The notes: generated by a model not told the origin, from the letters alone. 64,000 bases of DNA from the human T2T-CHM13v2.0 reference genome, Homo sapiens (GCF_009914755.1 NC_060926.1), one strand, 5' to 3'; positions 1 to 12,899 are shown, counted from the first letter of the stretch. Program-made: numbers and translations.

Positions 1-458
1 ATTCATTTCTGGAGGAAGAGGCCTGGGGGTGTGGTAATGGGTGTGCTGGAGACAAGAGGTTGAGGCAGGCACTGACTAGGGGCATAGATCCTTCTGCATC
101 TCTCTGTGTCCATCCATCATTCTGTGCACACTTTGGCACTTCTGGAGAACTTGTTCTCTTCCAGACTCTGAAAGTCAGTGACTAATAAGATGTGGCCCCC
201 TGATCACTGGCATCTGTAGACTGCTGAATGGTGTCTTGGATAAAGTATGTGCCCATTTATTTTTCTTGCATGATGAATAATCGGTCTGAAAGGAAACAAA
301 GTCCTGTTTGGACAGGGCTCAGGAAGGTGAGAAGGTCTGGGTGGGGACTGGAGGGCCAATAAGGACTTCTTTTGAATTCCAGGTGTCAAAGGAGTCTTTG
401 CGTTTTAGAAATTAGGAGATCAATATTAAATACCTTTTGGTGTGTAGCAAAAAGTTGA

Positions 459-773
<315 letters not shown>

Positions 774-1260
774 AAAAATTGCTATTCTTGATAGAAATGC
801 AGGGGAACTGATTTATTTACACTTGTATATTTTTTGCAGACTACATTTTTGTGTAACGAATTTCATGTAGTCAATGGAGAAAAGGTAGCTAAGCTTTGGA
901 AACATCTCAAGTATAAATAAAGTGAGAACCACACTATGAAGCGAGTTTCTAAATGAAACTTACTTTACAAGTTTGATTTTTTGGGGCTGCTCTGTCTGGT
1001 GTTATCATTTTCCTTAATTCCTGCAGGGATTGTCATTTGTGGCACCAGAGTCTTTTCTCTGGATCTGGGTGCTCTGGTTTCTGGCTCAGGATTGGCTGAT
1101 GCACCTTTTCTTCTTGGGAAAAGGAGCCTGCCATCAACAGTGCATGTGAGCAATTGATTCCTTTGGCAGGAACGCTCTTCTCTATCGACCCACGTGAATC
1201 TATTGGTTTTCAGATCACAACCAGCTGGCCTGGTCTTTGTTTTCCATTCTCTTCTTCTAG

Positions 1261-1603
<343 letters not shown>

Positions 1604-1705
1604 TGGAGTTTCTTATGTTGCTAATATATAGGCAAGGCTGATGTATTTTCCAAAATGCTCCCTCTGGAAAATGCACCCTCATGTTCATGGGGGTGACATT
1701 GTGAC

Positions 1706-1920
1706 AGTGGCAGCTAACATTTCTTGGGTGGTTGCCATGGTCCAGATGCTACTCTGAGCACCTTAACTACATTACTTACTTTTATCGTCACAATTCTGGG
1801 AGTAGGTACTGTTTGCCCTCTTTGTAGCTGAAGTGTCTGAAGCACAGAGAGGGTAGGCCACATGGCCGACGTCACACAGCTAGGAGATGGTAAGCTTCTC
1901 CCCTATTTGTGCTCTCACTC
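1706..1920 (-). mobile_element. MIR SINE
   Basis: GCAGCTAACATTT...TGAAGCACAGAGAGGGTA...GTCACACAGCTAG resembles the antisense MIR core. Confidence 0.75.
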
Positions 1921-3149
1921 TCAACCCTGGGGCCCACCGGCATTGTGAATACTCAGCATTTCAAGTCTCATCCCTGGGGAAGGCTGTGTGTATTGTAAAT
2001 CCCGTATCAATGCAGTCGTTGTTGGCATTGTTTAGGCATGTATCAGAGCCACACACACTTCCAGACTGTGTGTCAAAAGGTCCCAGAAAACTGCATTTCT
2101 GTGTTCTGTCACCCCAAAGGCCTTGCTGAGTATGTAGTTTCACCTTTTGTTTAACCTTCTGTTTGGAGGCTCACTGGCCACAATGGCAAATGTGTGGTGG
2201 GTGAGCTTCCTGGCGGGGATGTATTCTCTCCTGCTCCCAGGGGCACATGCCAGCACTCTCCAGCGCTGGGGCTCGCATCTCTTCCAGCAAGGCCAGGCCA
2301 GGCTCTGAGTGCATCTGTGTCATGCTGGAGTCCCTGCAAGCCCTGTGCTTGCCCAGGTGACCCTCCCCTTATTCATTGGCCACAAGAGGCAAAGTAGCCA
2401 GTGAGTCATTCGAGCCCATAGCATCTGTCTCCAGAGCCCACACCCTGAGCCACTGTGCTCTCTTGGCCCTCAGCCACCTTGGAGAGCTGCCACTGCCCCT
2501 TGCCGTCCTCCTGGCCACAGAAGACTCCTCCTCCAGAGGCAAGGCAGCTGGTGCCCCTTCCTGTGTGAACCTAGCCACTGCCAGCCCCTACCCAGATACC
2601 CTCCATTGTCAGATGGGCCTAACCTTCTAATCAAAGGTCTGGATGGGACTGCTCAGGGCCACCTTCAGGCAAGTGGCTTGTAATGGATTCACCGAGCATG
2701 TGGGTCTCACAGAGCCTTTTAGAAAACGTGGGTGATTCCTTCACAGCCTATTTAAACCCATGGGGGAGTGGGGAGGGCGGAGGACTAGTTATCTTATGGC
2801 TGGGGGAAAATTAGGGCTGTTCCCTTGGTTTTCTGGGTATTTAGGGCTGAGTCTGCTCCACAGGGTGTTTCCCAGAGTCCCACCTGAGGTGCTTCAAGGG
2901 TTCAGCAGCCACTCAGGCCACTGCCTACCTGCTGGACAGCACAGAGCATCCCATCTTTGTGGAAGACTCTTTAGGCAGCACTGCCCTAGTCAGCTGTCGC
3001 TGGGCAGGCCTTGTGTAGTGCCATCGACTTCCTTTTCAAGGGAAGCCCTAGACTTTTTTTTTTTTTTAAAGAAGTAAAATCTTCTAAATCTTAACTTTTT
3101 GTGACATATTCAAATGTTAAACAATTGGGGTATAGGTTGAACAGAACAC

Positions 3150-3255
3150 AGAAGTGGACTGAATTCCAGGGGCAGGAGGGGAGGGCATTTATCTATGTTG
3201 TGACAAACCTTCTAGGTGGTTCTGGTGCAGGATAAAGTTTAAATAACATCAGCCC
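3150..3255. mobile_element. MER5-like hAT-Charlie fragment
   Basis: ACAAACCTTCTAGGTGGTTCTGGTGCAGGATAAAGTTTAAATAACA resembles a MER5A terminus. A similar relic lies near 2030-2130. Confidence 0.5.
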
Positions 3256-4330
3256 AAACCATTTAGTTTGCCCACAGTTATGCCAGGGACAGTCAGAGCT
3301 AGAACCCAGGCATTCTGATTTGCAGCCAACATCACCCTCATGGGCAAGGCCAAGTCTTTAGGGATGTTCCATACCGTGTACACCTGGTCACCACCCACCC
3401 CACACCTGGACTCTCACCTGCCACCTGTGGGTGACTCTGAAATTTTTCTAGATATGATGTTTTCCTCTTCCTTTGTAATTTCTGATCAAAATCAGTTTCC
3501 TGTCTCAGGGTGCAGGATTTCTCCTTGGCTCCCTGGAAATGGTGGGGGGAGGAACCCATATAGGGGTCACCAAGCCTGCTGACTGTGACAGGTGGAGTTT
3601 TGGTTTGAATGAGGTCAAAGTAGTGGGCAGAATCAAGGGAGAGGTCAGGCCTGCTCAAGAGGGACCCCTGACTCATGGCTTAAATCGTCCCAGTGTTGGA
3701 AAATCTGTTATTTACTGCGTGGGACCCATTTCCTAGAGACAGACTAATAATGACCTTATTACCTACTTTTCAGAATTTGAAATTAGTATTTCTTACATGT
3801 TGGAGAATGTGGTACCAAGCAGGTACTGCTTATCGAAACTTTACGGGATGTCATTTGATAGGAGACGTTTTGCATTCCTGGAATGCAAAACATGTTGGAA
3901 AAATCCCTTTCGGTGTGCCTGCCTGGACAAGGCAACCCATGGGGATCTGGCTTTGTTTAGTAGTCTGGGGAAGGTCTCCAGTGGTTTCTGTTGTGAAAGA
4001 GGCACACTGTCCATTTTGGGCTGAGAAATATTTGGAAATAGGACCATGATACTCCACAGACCTTGCTGATACTCCACTTCCAGGACAGAAGTAGGAAATA
4101 ATATGGAAGCATTAGCCACTGGTCCCAGCCCAGTGGAGAAACAAATACCCTGAAGCTTGTACAATGAAGCACTTAAAACTGAGAGAGGTATTAATGCCAT
4201 TCGTCTCGGGGGACTGCAGATTTCATTCATCACATCCTTGCCGTAATCTTACTGGTTGGGTATGTGGCTCAACAGGAATCTTCAGTTAACTGTGTGGAAG
4301 AATGAAAGGGGTCTTACATCACTGCTACTA

Positions 4331-4355
4331 AGGTGAAGTTCAAGTTCAAGGTCAA
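4331..4355 (+). promoter_or_regulatory. Tandem DR0 nuclear-receptor half-site array (NR6A1/GCNF-, ESRR/NR5A-type)
   Basis: AGGTGA-AGTTCA-AGTTCA-AGGTCA with no spacers; contains TCAAGGTCA. Motif evidence only. Confidence 0.45.
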
Positions 4356-4637
4356 AATCACTGGTGGTAAGATGAAAGTCAAGAAAAGCAGCATCTCTGC
4401 CTCCCCGGGAACCAGGAGCAGCAGTCTCCACTTAACCTGTGGTCAGAGATGAGAGCGCCATAGCACGCTGAGACGTCTCCCCTGACCTCAGCTCCAGGCA
4501 CTGTTTGGAGACCAACACTCATAGTGACCTGGGAGCAAGGGGACGCTTCCTTTGGTTGCCTGCATCCTGCCCACTCATTCTGAGACTCACTCCTCCCACA
4601 GGCTTGTTCTGCCTCCTGTTTGTTTCACATGACCTGG

Positions 4638-5090
4638 TGTTTCAGTAATCCACCTCTGCGTAACAAACCACTCCAAAACTTAATGCATTCAACTGTAATG
4701 ATTGTCATTGCTCACAAAATATATGCCAGAAACTTGGAATGTTGTCATTAGGGGTTGTTCACACAAGCTGCATGGCAGCTGGGAGCTCAACTGAGGCTGA
4801 AACATCTGAGTTGACCTCTTGTCCTTTAGGGCCTCTCTGCTGGCCTCAAACCATCACATCATTGAGGCTGGACTTCCTGGCACTGTAGTCCCTGGGTGCC
4901 AAGAAGGAGTACATGGAAGCTGCCAGACACCCTGAAGGATAAGCCTGGAACTGGTGTAGGATCATTTGTTCTGCCTTCTTTTGGTTAAAGCAAGCCTGAG
5001 GCCCGTCAGGATTCAAGAGGAGGGGACATAGAGGGCATCTCTAGATGGCTGGAGTGCCAGAAATTTGTGGCTCCCTTGAATTCACCACCT
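4638..5090 (-). mobile_element. MLT1 (H/I-like) MaLR solo LTR
   Basis: Starts TGTTTCAGTAATC...GCGTAACAAACCACTCCAAAACTTA and ends GATTCAAGAGGAGGGGACATAGA...GAAATTTGTGGC...CACCAC, typical of antisense MLT1. Confidence 0.8.
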
Positions 5091-6189
5091 TCAGTTTGTA
5101 GCGGGTGCAATACCTGGGCCTGACTGAGGCTAGTGCGTATATATAGGGTGGTGCCCAACCAGGAGAGCCTCCTTATGGGCCAGGTGTCCGTCTCCTGGGG
5201 GTCTCCCAACCTTCACAAAACTGGCCAGAGACCATTCTTGCTGGCTTTAGGTCACGTTGATGGGAGAGTAGCCTCTCCCAGGTTCTCATGCCCAGAGGAG
5301 AGCTGTCACTTCCAGCAAGGCCATGCCAGGCTTTGAGTGCATCTGAGCTGTGTGTCACTGGCCACCTGCACCCAGCTCCAGGAGGCTGCAGGGCGTGGCC
5401 GGCCGCCCTCTGCATTAAGGTCTAGTTGGAGGCCCAGGTTTCAGTTCTTAAGAGTGATGCTTGACTGTAATGTTTCTGTTAACCTGGATTTTGGAATCCT
5501 TTGGTGTGTGAGTGCTGGGGGATAGGGTCTAGAGGGAGGGGCTGCTTGTTAGCAAACCCCTAAGCCTCCTGAAGGGCTTGTTCCTGGCTTGACTCCAGTG
5601 AAATGTCTCCAAGGAGAGAAGAGAGTGACACCTCACGGGGCTGCGGGAGCAGCACTAGGTTGTCAGTTATGCTCAAAATATATTTTGTAGTAAAAACTTG
5701 TGTAGCATTTCTATTTTGTTTTTTCTGCCTGCATTTGTTTTAACATAAAACAAATGTTTTATGAGTCACATTGACACTGTAGGCAAATGTGCTGGGTTCC
5801 TCCGTCACACAAAAACCCCAGGCGGCCCTGTCCCTGAAGAGGGTGACAAAACTGGGGAAGTTCTTGTCATAAAACTGTGTTGTGCACACCATGGGTCACT
5901 GGTGGTGGCATTCTCCCAGAACCCTGGCTGTGGCTAATGGGAGGATCCTCGGGCAACAGGGGGCTGGTGGATTGGGCGCCCAGGCACGCCATCGTTTGAT
6001 GCCTGGGAGTCCAGTGGGAGATCTGGGAGGAGGCTCGGTGGCAGCCAGAAGGCCTGGCCCCAGCTGGGGCCCAGTGTGGACTCAACCTCAGCTCTAGGGA
6101 AGCAGTGTGTCAGGCGGTTGGGGGATGGTCCACAGGATGCCGTGAGCCCCAGGTAGCAGGATGTTTGCTGAGCCTGCTCTTACAAGTTT

Positions 6190-6310
6190 TAAAGTATTAT
6201 CTTATGTATGCCTCTCAGCAACCCTGTGGCAGAGGTACTGGAATTATTCCTGTCTCTCTTTTGGGCACCTGGTGTGTGGGAAGGGGGCTGCAATTTGCCC
6301 CAGGTGCCTC
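6190..6310 (-). mobile_element. MIR fragment
   Basis: CTCTCAGCAACCCTGTGGCAGAGGTACTGGAATTATTCC...AATTTGCCC resembles the MIR core. Confidence 0.55.
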
Positions 6311-8404
6311 CTTGACCACTGTCCCCACTGCTCAGCTTCAGAGCAGATGGAGTAGAGCCAGGGGAGGCTGTGAGCCTCCCTGCTCATCCCTCAAATTGCC
6401 CTGCCTCCTGCCATGGGAGAGGGTAAAAGGGCCCCCGTTGGGAGGGGCCAGGAGGGGCCCGGGCCTCCCAGAGTGTATCTGTTCAATTGCGTTTTCTACG
6501 TCTGTCCAGTAGGGCAGGTTTATATACAGGGAGACAGGCTCTCCAAGAAAACAATGGGGCCACCCCAGGTTTTGAGATGTTCTTGAGGAAGGTCATGCAG
6601 CCCTTCCCTCACCAGTGTATGAGGCTGAGGATGAGGCACAGGGTAGCTCTGTGGTCTTGGCATCCACCGTGTGGCATCGGCCAGCCCTAGGGCCCTATCC
6701 ATGTCCTGGCCCTCTGGGTACAAGACCTGAGGCCCAGAGCACTGTGCTGGGTGGAAAACAGAAAACCCACCCCAGAGCAAGAGCCGGGGAGGATGCCCAG
6801 AGGGCAGGTGGGCGCTGCTTGCCTTGGGAGAGAGGGCAGCAAAAGGGAGACCAGCCCCCACCCTCAGCAGCCTGGGGGGCTCTGCAAGGCAGCAGGGGAC
6901 AACGGAACCGAACAGAATGCTTTTGGGGGGGTGGTGAGGGGCTGCCCCGCTGCAGGGAGAGTGGGCACGACATTTGCGTGCCCCACGTTGGTTGGCATCA
7001 GCATGACAAGAAATTGTTTAGTTCTGTGGTTTCAGGCTCACTGCAAAATACGTCTCTCCCACCCCCACCCCAGCCCCTGGTTTCCCTTCCAGCCACACCT
7101 GACATCCCTCGGTCAGAGCTGGGCCTAGAGGCTGGAGGGCGAAGCAAGGCAGACAAAGGCAGGTCCCTGGGAAGCGGAATGAGCAGAAAAATTGGAGTTG
7201 AGAGGCCCCAAGAGCCCCTCTGCCATTCAGCCTGACCTTGAGCAAACCCATCACTGTCCTCATTAGAAGGCAAGAGAGGACGAGATTAGCATTTCTGCAC
7301 ATGACTCTGGATGGCCTCCTTCAGCACAGGGGAGGGGAGTGGTTGCTAAAATAGTAATAATGGTGCTACCACATGACAGTGCCCACCTCCTCTGGGTGTT
7401 GCGAGGGTTTAACAAGTTAGAGCAGAGCAGAGCTCACGGTGGAGGCCGTGAGGGCTGTGCTGCTTGTGTTTTAGAATGATTGGGTTTATTATTCGCATCA
7501 TTTTCTGAATTTCAGGAGGATTCTTGGGCTCCATCCCGGATCTCGTGAACCAGCATCCCTCGGGGTGGGAGGCAGGAATCTGCCTTTTATGAAACACGTG
7601 CTTCAGGCCCCAGAGCCCTGAACTGGGAGGTCGCCGAGGTCTCTCTCTCCTGTGTTATCTGGGAGCGGGATTCTCACTGACCTTGTTCCCTTGTCCTGCC
7701 ACCGGCAGGATTTTAAGCTGTGATCAGGTGCAGCTCTAAACCCAAGCACTGACACTAGCTTGCCACGTGGCTCCGCTCCGTAACCTGAAGGCAGCCTCTG
7801 AGCCGGTCCCTTGTCTGCACGCAGGCCAATGACGCAGCACAGTTAGAGTGAGGCCGACTTCCCACGTGCCTACCTAAGCCAGGATGTACACTTTGTTTCA
7901 CAGGGACAAAGGATGGCCGTTCATGTGTAAATCTCATAAGTGGAAACTGCCACCTTTGAGAATATTTTTCTTGACTCTTGAAGAGGGAAGGACCGTGGAG
8001 AGCATTATTTCAGGGTTCTGTGAGTCACCACACACTTCTGCTTTCTTTATTAAGTGTATTTTTTGGACAAAGAAGAATGCAGCTTTGAACACTGTGTCAC
8101 CGCAAGCCACACAATTCTAAGACTCTCCTCTTTACGCCTTTGACATGCAAGACCCTTGTAGATATGGGGAGGTGTGGAGCGTGGAGCCCCAGAAGTCACC
8201 GACCCAGCAGACAGGCTCAGGCTGTGCACATGGGTGTGGGCTTGGGGCTGTGAGTGTGTGGTCCTGGTGTTTGGGTGCACAAGTGTGCTTTCTGGCTGCA
8301 TTTTTCTGGCTCGTCTCCTCTGGGAGCCCCTTGCTGCTCACCTCGATCCTATCATTCCAAAGGGAAAGCTACTTTTCTAGCACCCAGGTGGAATTGCATC
8401 CTGC

Positions 8405-8545
8405 AGTGGGCCCAGCTCTGCCTGATCCTGGTGCTGTGGGATTCAGGGAAGGCCGCCTGACCTCTGTGAGCCTTGGGTTCCTCATTTGTCAAATGAGGAT
8501 TGTAAATTCCACCCTTATGGCACCTAAGTGAAGCTGTTGAAAGGC
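8405..8545 (+). mobile_element. MIR fragment
   Basis: CCCAGCTCTGCC...ACCTCTGTGAGCCTTGGGTTCCTCATTTGTCAAATGAGGAT is the MIR core. Confidence 0.75.
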
Positions 8546-9464
8546 ATTTGTAACCTCTACAATGGATGAGGAGGTTAAGGCACACAGACTCACCTGCAGG
8601 TGAGTCCCTGGCTCAAGGACATGCAGGAAAGAAACAGTAGAACCACTTCTGGGGCCCTGGAGTCTGTGTAAATCCACTCTACTGTATTTTATAAAGCACC
8701 AGCTGGAATCCTCAAAGAAAAGTGGGGAGCCTGGATGCCTCTGCTTTCAAGGAGACTGGACACATCATCATATCTAGCTTCTTTCCACTGACTGCACGGT
8801 ACTTTATAAATGTCCCTCTCAAAGTCAGAAGGCTTGGACGCATCCTCTGTGATAGTGTGCCTTGGCCCCAGAACTGTGTTTCTAGAACTTGAAAGCCATC
8901 TTGTAATGCTCCATCTTGGAATCTAGACCCAGGCAACTCCAGCGTGGCAGGTTTTTTCTTGAGGAGGGGCACCACAGGATACCCACACCCAGAGAGAGGC
9001 AGGCAGAGAAATGAGGTGGGCCAGCCACGGTGCCAGGGAGGGTTCTGGGCTGTGCAGGTAGAGGGAGCTCCCCCGAGGTGCCTGTGGTGTGCCATGCCCA
9101 GGGGCCGGGTCAGCAGACTGGGTCAGAGAGGCTGGGGTGCTTCCAGCCCAGGCTGAGGCCCGTCCCTCTGGGAGGGAGGGAGCAGGCTGGGCAGACGGGC
9201 CAGGCCTGTTCCAGGAGCCCGTCTGGGGTAGATTGCATCACACTGTGTGCAGCTTGTCACTCCAGCTTGCCCAGGACCCCTGTCTTCTGTGGCTCGTGGC
9301 TGACAAGTGCTTCTCCGCAGGCACCGTGGGGCCTCTACAGCCAGGAGTCAGGACAGAGTAATGGCGGCTCGGGGTCAGGTCTCACTATGTGATGGCATGG
9401 CGACGAATTTAACACACTGGCACAGACGGGTCGGAATCAATGAAATGATTCTAAAAGTATTTTT

Positions 9465-9650
9465 GGTCCATTTGTTTATTCTTTCAGCAATGTTTGTTTG
9501 AGCGCCCCCTAGGTGCCAAACCCTGCTCTAGGCATTATAGGGATACCATGGTGAACAAAACTGATGAAAATCTCACCTTTGTGGAGCTGACAGTCTAGTG
9601 GAGGAAACAGAGAGGAAAAAGATAAATCAATAAAATATGAATTATATCAG
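9465..9650 (-). mobile_element. L2 LINE 3' end
   Basis: CATTTGTTTATTCTTTCAGCAA...TTGAGCGCC...GTGCCA...CTCTAGGC...GGAGCTGACAGTCTAGTGGAGGAAACAG is the antisense L2 3' terminus. Confidence 0.85.
9501..9518 (-). promoter_or_regulatory. Candidate CTCF site inside L2
   Basis: Minus strand TGGCACCTAGGGGGCGCT versus CTCF consensus TGGCCACCAGGGGGCGCT (15/18, core intact). Confidence 0.5.
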
Positions 9651-11114
9651 TGATATTGAAACTGAGCCTGGTAGGCCGGAGCTTAAGTCTCTCTACTACT
9701 CCCCATCCATGCTCTGGTGGCTTATTGCAACCTCCCTGGGCTGTGCCTGGTGGTGGCCCTGTTGCCCCCCATATCACAGAACCTCAGGAGGTGCCCAGTA
9801 GGTGACAGCTGAATGAAAGCAGAATGCTCAGGAAAGTTTCCTGTTTGCTGCGAGGGACCCTCCTTCTCCAGCACAGCCAGCAGCAGTGGGTGTGGCTGTC
9901 TCACAGTTCCTGCCGTCTTTGAGGCGGCACGCAGAGGGTCGTGCTGGCTGCCTGGGAGCTTCTGCCACCCTCCGCCTCATGGACTATCTTCTGCCTGCCC
10001 TCTGCTCTGCAGGCAGCAGGGCGTCTCTAGTCTTGATGCAAGCTGCCCTTGACTCTTCAACAGCCCCGAATCACCAACAGCAGACCAAGCTTCTGCTGCG
10101 GCCCGTGTGCTTGCTTTCTAGATGTTTTTAGAAAGATCTGTAACTTCTGTCTTAATTTATGTTGGTTTAACAAGAAATCACATTTCTGTGGGATCTCGCA
10201 AATAGGGTTTTGTTCGGTTGTTTTTTCAAACACTGTAGATACAGCTGAAAACAGAACTTAACCCTTTGAACGTAGCCACTGGGTTGATGCAGCTCACAAA
10301 CCCACAGGATTTCCTTTTCCTACAGAGACTCCACTCTACTTGGGTCACCACGGAGAGTCCATGTCACCATGTTATCTCAAAGTTACAAAGGTCAGACCCT
10401 CTACTGACATTGAGCCTGTGCATTACCGGAAACCCTGGAGACCAGAAAGGCCCACTGGGATGAGATTGGTCACCTGGAGGGTGAAGACAGAGAGGAAGGG
10501 AGGGAAGCAGTGCCCGGCTTCACTGCCTGCTGGCGTCTCACCCACTGGTAATAATGACTCTGCACCTGAGGGCCATGATGCGTTGCATCTGGGGAGAGCA
10601 CTGCATCCCGCAGCCGTGCAGCAATCCTTCTTCCTGAGCAGGTGCTTTGTACCCTGGATCTGGAGGGGCACAGGCACTGGAAGGTTGGGTGTGTGAGCCT
10701 CAGGAAGCACTCTTGGATTATTTCTCAACGTTTTTAAGCAAGCTCATTTTGAAGGTTATCAATCTCATGTCAAAATTTAAAACAATCCCCATCCTTTCTG
10801 AAAATCACAGGCCTTTCCTGAGTCTGTGAATAAAACAATAAAAGCCGTGGGTTTTATGAACAGTTTCAGTTTGGATTTTCAAGAAGCAAAAGAAGGTGTC
10901 AAAAGAACGACCAAGGAATAAGAGGCTTTCAGAAATAACCAAGAACATCAAAAATAAAGAGGACTTTTACAAGTGAAAAATGCAGTAATCAAAAATGAAC
11001 TCAAAAGAGAGATTAAATAGATTAGACACAACTGAAGAGAAACTTAGTAAGTGAGAAGCTCTATCAGAAGAAATTATGCCTAATACATGGAGACAAAGAA
11101 ATGGAAAATATTCA

Positions 11115-11491
<377 letters not shown>

Positions 11492-11782
11492 GGCTGGCAC
11501 GGTGGCTCACACCTGTAATCTCAGCACTTTGGGAGGCTGAGGCGGGTGGATCACGAGGTCAGGAGTTCAAGACCAGCCTGGCAAAGATGGTTAAACCCCG
11601 TCTCTACTAAAAACACAAAAATTAGCCAGGCATGGTGGTGGGTGCCTGTAATTCCAGCTACTCGGGAGGCTGAGGCAGAGAATTGCTTCATCCCGGGAGG
11701 CGGAGGTTGCGGTGAGCTGAGATCACGCCACTACCCTCCAGCCTGGGCGACAGGGCGAGGCTCCGTTAAAAAAAAAAAAAAA
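11492..11782 (+). mobile_element. Alu SINE (AluSg-like) inserted in the tail of the preceding Alu
   Basis: GGATCACGAGGTCAGGAGTTC marks the Sg/Sc/Y-type 2-bp deletion. TSD AAAAA(A/G)TCAAAACA at 11478-11491 and 11778-11791. Confidence 0.95.
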
Positions 11783-12575
11783 GTCAAAACAAAACAAAAA
11801 TAAAGTAATAGGAAATGCAGATAAATAAGAGGAGGAACCACTAAAAGAAATATTGGTTGAGAATGTTTCAGAATTGATAAAGGACACAATTTTTGAGTCA
11901 GAAGCCCAATCAAATCCAAAGAAAATGAATTTAAGAAGCCCACATCCAATCCCATTGTATTGAACTGAAGAGCAGGTTGCCCAAGAGAGATGATAGATTT
12001 CCCACACCAGGACAGCAGCTGGACTGAGAGGCTGTCTTCAGCAACAGCTCAAGGCAGATGTCCGTGCCATGGAACCTTCAAACCGTTGAAGGAAAAATGA
12101 TGTAGCCTAGGATTTCTACTTAAGGAAATCCTCTTTTGAGAAAGCAAAATGAAGACACTTCAGAGTACAAACTGAGAACATATATTACCAACAATCTCTC
12201 CCGGAAAAGAACTGAAGAATATTCTTCAGGAATAAAGAAAATAATCTTCGAAGAATGAGATGGGTTGCAAGAAGACATGAACAGATAAATTGATTAACAT
12301 GTATTTAATCTACACTGCCATCAAATGTTGAAATCAGTAACGGTATTGACTGATTTGTGGGAGGGTAGAACTTAAACGCTCCAGAACAGTTGTGTGAGGT
12401 GCATGTCTGGAGCCAAGCACTTAGGGCGTTTTTTTGCTCAGTAACAAGGGCAACTGAGGTTCCACCGGGTTAAATATGCATGCTGAAATGTCTATGGTGG
12501 CCACTAGAAGAATAGAAACAGACTATATAATTTCCAAATGAATAGAGGAAAAGACATAGATTGAAAGGAAAAAAG

Positions 12576-12868
12576 GGCTGGGCGTGGTGGGTCATGCCTG
12601 TAACCCCAGCACTTTGGGAGGCTGAGGGCAGGTGGATCACCTAAGGTCAGGAGTTCAAGACCACCCTGGCCAACATGGTGAAACCCCGTCTCTACTAAAA
12701 ATACAAAAATTAGCCAAGCATGGTGGCAGGTGCCTGTAATCCCAGCTACTCAGGAGGCTGAGGCAGGAGAATTGCTTGAACCTGGGAGGTGGAGGTTGCA
12801 GTGACCGAGTTTGTACCACTGCACTGCATTCCAGCCTGGGCGACAGAGTGAGACTCTGTCACAAACAA

Positions 12869-12895
<27 letters not shown>
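12576..12895 (+). mobile_element. Alu SINE (AluSx-like)
   Basis: Full dimer with A tail. TSD GAAAGGAAAAAAG at 12563-12575 and 12896-12908. Confidence 0.95.

Positions 12896-12899
<4 letters not shown>

Noticed and set aside
6105-7235. ORFs of 135 aa and 206 aa in the GC-rich block
   Set aside because: They overlap ORFs in several frames, are G/P/R/A-rich with no known motif, and one overlaps a MIR. This is expected by chance in GC-rich DNA.
12109-12229. Hairpin AGGATTTC-N8-GAAATCCT and 18-bp palindrome CTGAAGAATATTCTTCAG (12212-12229)
   Set aside because: The symmetry is real but short and sits within a decayed L1 ORF1 relic. Nothing else supports a function.
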